Positions 63,641 through 64,000 of a stretch of 64,000 bases of DNA are shown here, in pieces. Under the pieces are notes generated by a model. That model ran no database searches and had not been told where the DNA came from. It saw only the letters and a list, made by a program, of their open reading frames with translations. The stretch comes from Podarcis pityusensis (taxonomy: Eukaryota). The stretch lies in NCBI GenBank assembly GCA_964106645.2, contig OZ067047.1, one strand, 5' to 3'. Every line of letters begins with the position of its first letter. Within the stretch, counting starts at the first letter, position 1. Position numbers and translations under genes: made by a program.

Positions 63641-64000
63641 CCCAGATTGAACCGACCAAGTCAACTGTCTTTTGGAACTTATGAATCATGAAATATATGC
63701 TTTAGTAAAAGTAATTTTTTGGGAAGGAGAATTATTACTATTTTTATTGTTCTTATTATTATCAAAATTAGTATAGCACCCTATAACCTGCAGGTCTCAG
63801 GGCAGTTCACAACATAAATCACAATATCAAAATACATAATAAAAACAAGAGCAACCTAATAATCCCCCCTCCCCAAATTAATATGCAAGTTTAATGCCCT
63901 TTAAAATGAAGAGAAGCAAAGCATTTCTAAGTTCAGAAGCCTTATCCTTTGCCATAAACCAGTGAGAGAGATAGAGAGCTCAATGGTTGATTTATACATG

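Noticed and set aside
56715-64000. CNOT4 promoter or first exon
   Set aside because: No CpG island here; the region looks like repeat-rich intron 1
1-64000. CRISPR arrays, rRNA, bona fide tRNA or prokaryotic systems
   Set aside because: Spliced vertebrate locus; tRNA-like stretches are SINE heads and no spaced direct-repeat array is present

Overview
Eukaryotic, AT-rich vertebrate DNA. The repeat content (Sauria SINE, CR1/L2 LINE fragments, a Penelope-like element, Tc1/mariner and hAT MITEs) points to a squamate, probably a lacertid lizard (inference). Two genes lie tail-to-tail. (1) CNOT4 is on the minus strand. Its coding exons, with GT-AG borders and consistent phases, run from the ATG at 56629 to the TAG at 18785. 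They give 710/713 aa without, or 762/765 aa with, an extra 156-nt exon at 46006-46161. The non-coding first exon and promoter appear to lie beyond 64000. (2) A five-exon plus-strand gene (3307-12931) can be assembled by hand into a 320-aa type-I membrane protein: signal-like N-terminus, one sushi/CCP domain, a TM helix and a basic cytoplasmic tail. It resembles SUSD3 but sits next to CNOT4, unlike human SUSD3. Main points for follow-up: the SUSD3-like gene; a young Penelope-like insertion in a CNOT4 intron carrying two minimal hammerhead ribozymes in inverted orientation, one sense to the CNOT4 pre-mRNA; several frame-compatible candidate cassette or mutually exclusive CNOT4 exons; an open 52-codon extension past the CNOT4 stop; an 18-bp hairpin in the putative 3'UTR; and overlapping polyadenylation signals of the two genes. 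All coordinates were read by hand and no database searches were run.
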